A stretch of 64,000 bases of DNA, from contig OZ316895.1 in the NCBI GenBank assembly GCA_973895155.1, positions 19,668,803-19,732,802 of the forward strand. The letters run 5' to 3'. A model generated the notes under the pieces. That model did no database searches and had not been told where the DNA came from. It saw nothing but the letters and a program-made list of their open reading frames with translations. The translations under genes were made by a program, and so were the position numbers. The DNA comes from Marsupella aquatica (taxonomy: Eukaryota; Plantae; Marchantiophyta). Shown piece by piece: positions 63,674 through 64,000 of this stretch; within the stretch, counting starts at the first letter, position 1, and each line of letters starts with the position of its first letter.

Positions 63674-64000
63674 CCTAGAGCGGCACGCTTAGAGATGTGT
63701 AACGTAAATGAGCTTTAGGGGTGATACCCAAAACTGGGAGAACTATGCCTTGACTTGGTACAAGTCTTGGAAGAAGTTGCAAGAGGACTCCTTGCCGTTA
63801 ACTTGGGAAAACCTAGTTGAGGGTCTTCGTGCTCATGTCACCACTAAGTACCTAGAGCGGCACGCTTAATAGAAATGTGTAACGTAAATGAGCTTTAGGG
63901 GTGATACCCAAAACTGGGAGGACTATGCCTTGACTTGACTGTACAAGTCTTGGAAGAAGTCGCAAGAGGACTCCTCCTTGCCGTTAACTTGGGAAAACCT
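63674..64000. repeat. ~177-bp tandem repeat continuing past the window edge
   Basis: CCTAGAGCGGCACGCTTA...GTAACGTAAATGAGCTTTAGGGGTGATACCCAAAACTGGGAG starts at 63674 and at 63851. Confidence 0.8.

Overview
Eukaryotic, intron-containing land-plant DNA. Gene style and TE content suggest a bryophyte such as a liverwort, but that is inference. About half of the window is transposon-derived. Host genes: a head-to-head pair of small secreted MiAMP1/beta-barrelin-like genes (one intact, one with a nonsense codon); an intronless SufE-NadA quinolinate synthase; a multi-exon DUF2045/KIAA0930-like gene; and the first four exons of an FAD oxidoreductase resembling the N-terminus of the plant oxidoreductase-FAAL-ACP NRPS-like multidomain proteins. 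Mobile elements: a complete 333-bp TRIM whose LTRs contain a tRNA-like Pol III unit, an internally deleted Bianca-type Copia with intact TSD, LINE fragments, a Gypsy-like segment with an extra coiled-coil ORF, and several MITE and foldback families. The most notable structure is a candidate ~14-kb hAT element (40340-54503). Its long, mutually inverted ends each lead into inward-facing genes: a decayed protein kinase and a coiled-coil/RING gene from the left, and the decayed transposase from the right. All calls come from manual reading; no database searches were run.
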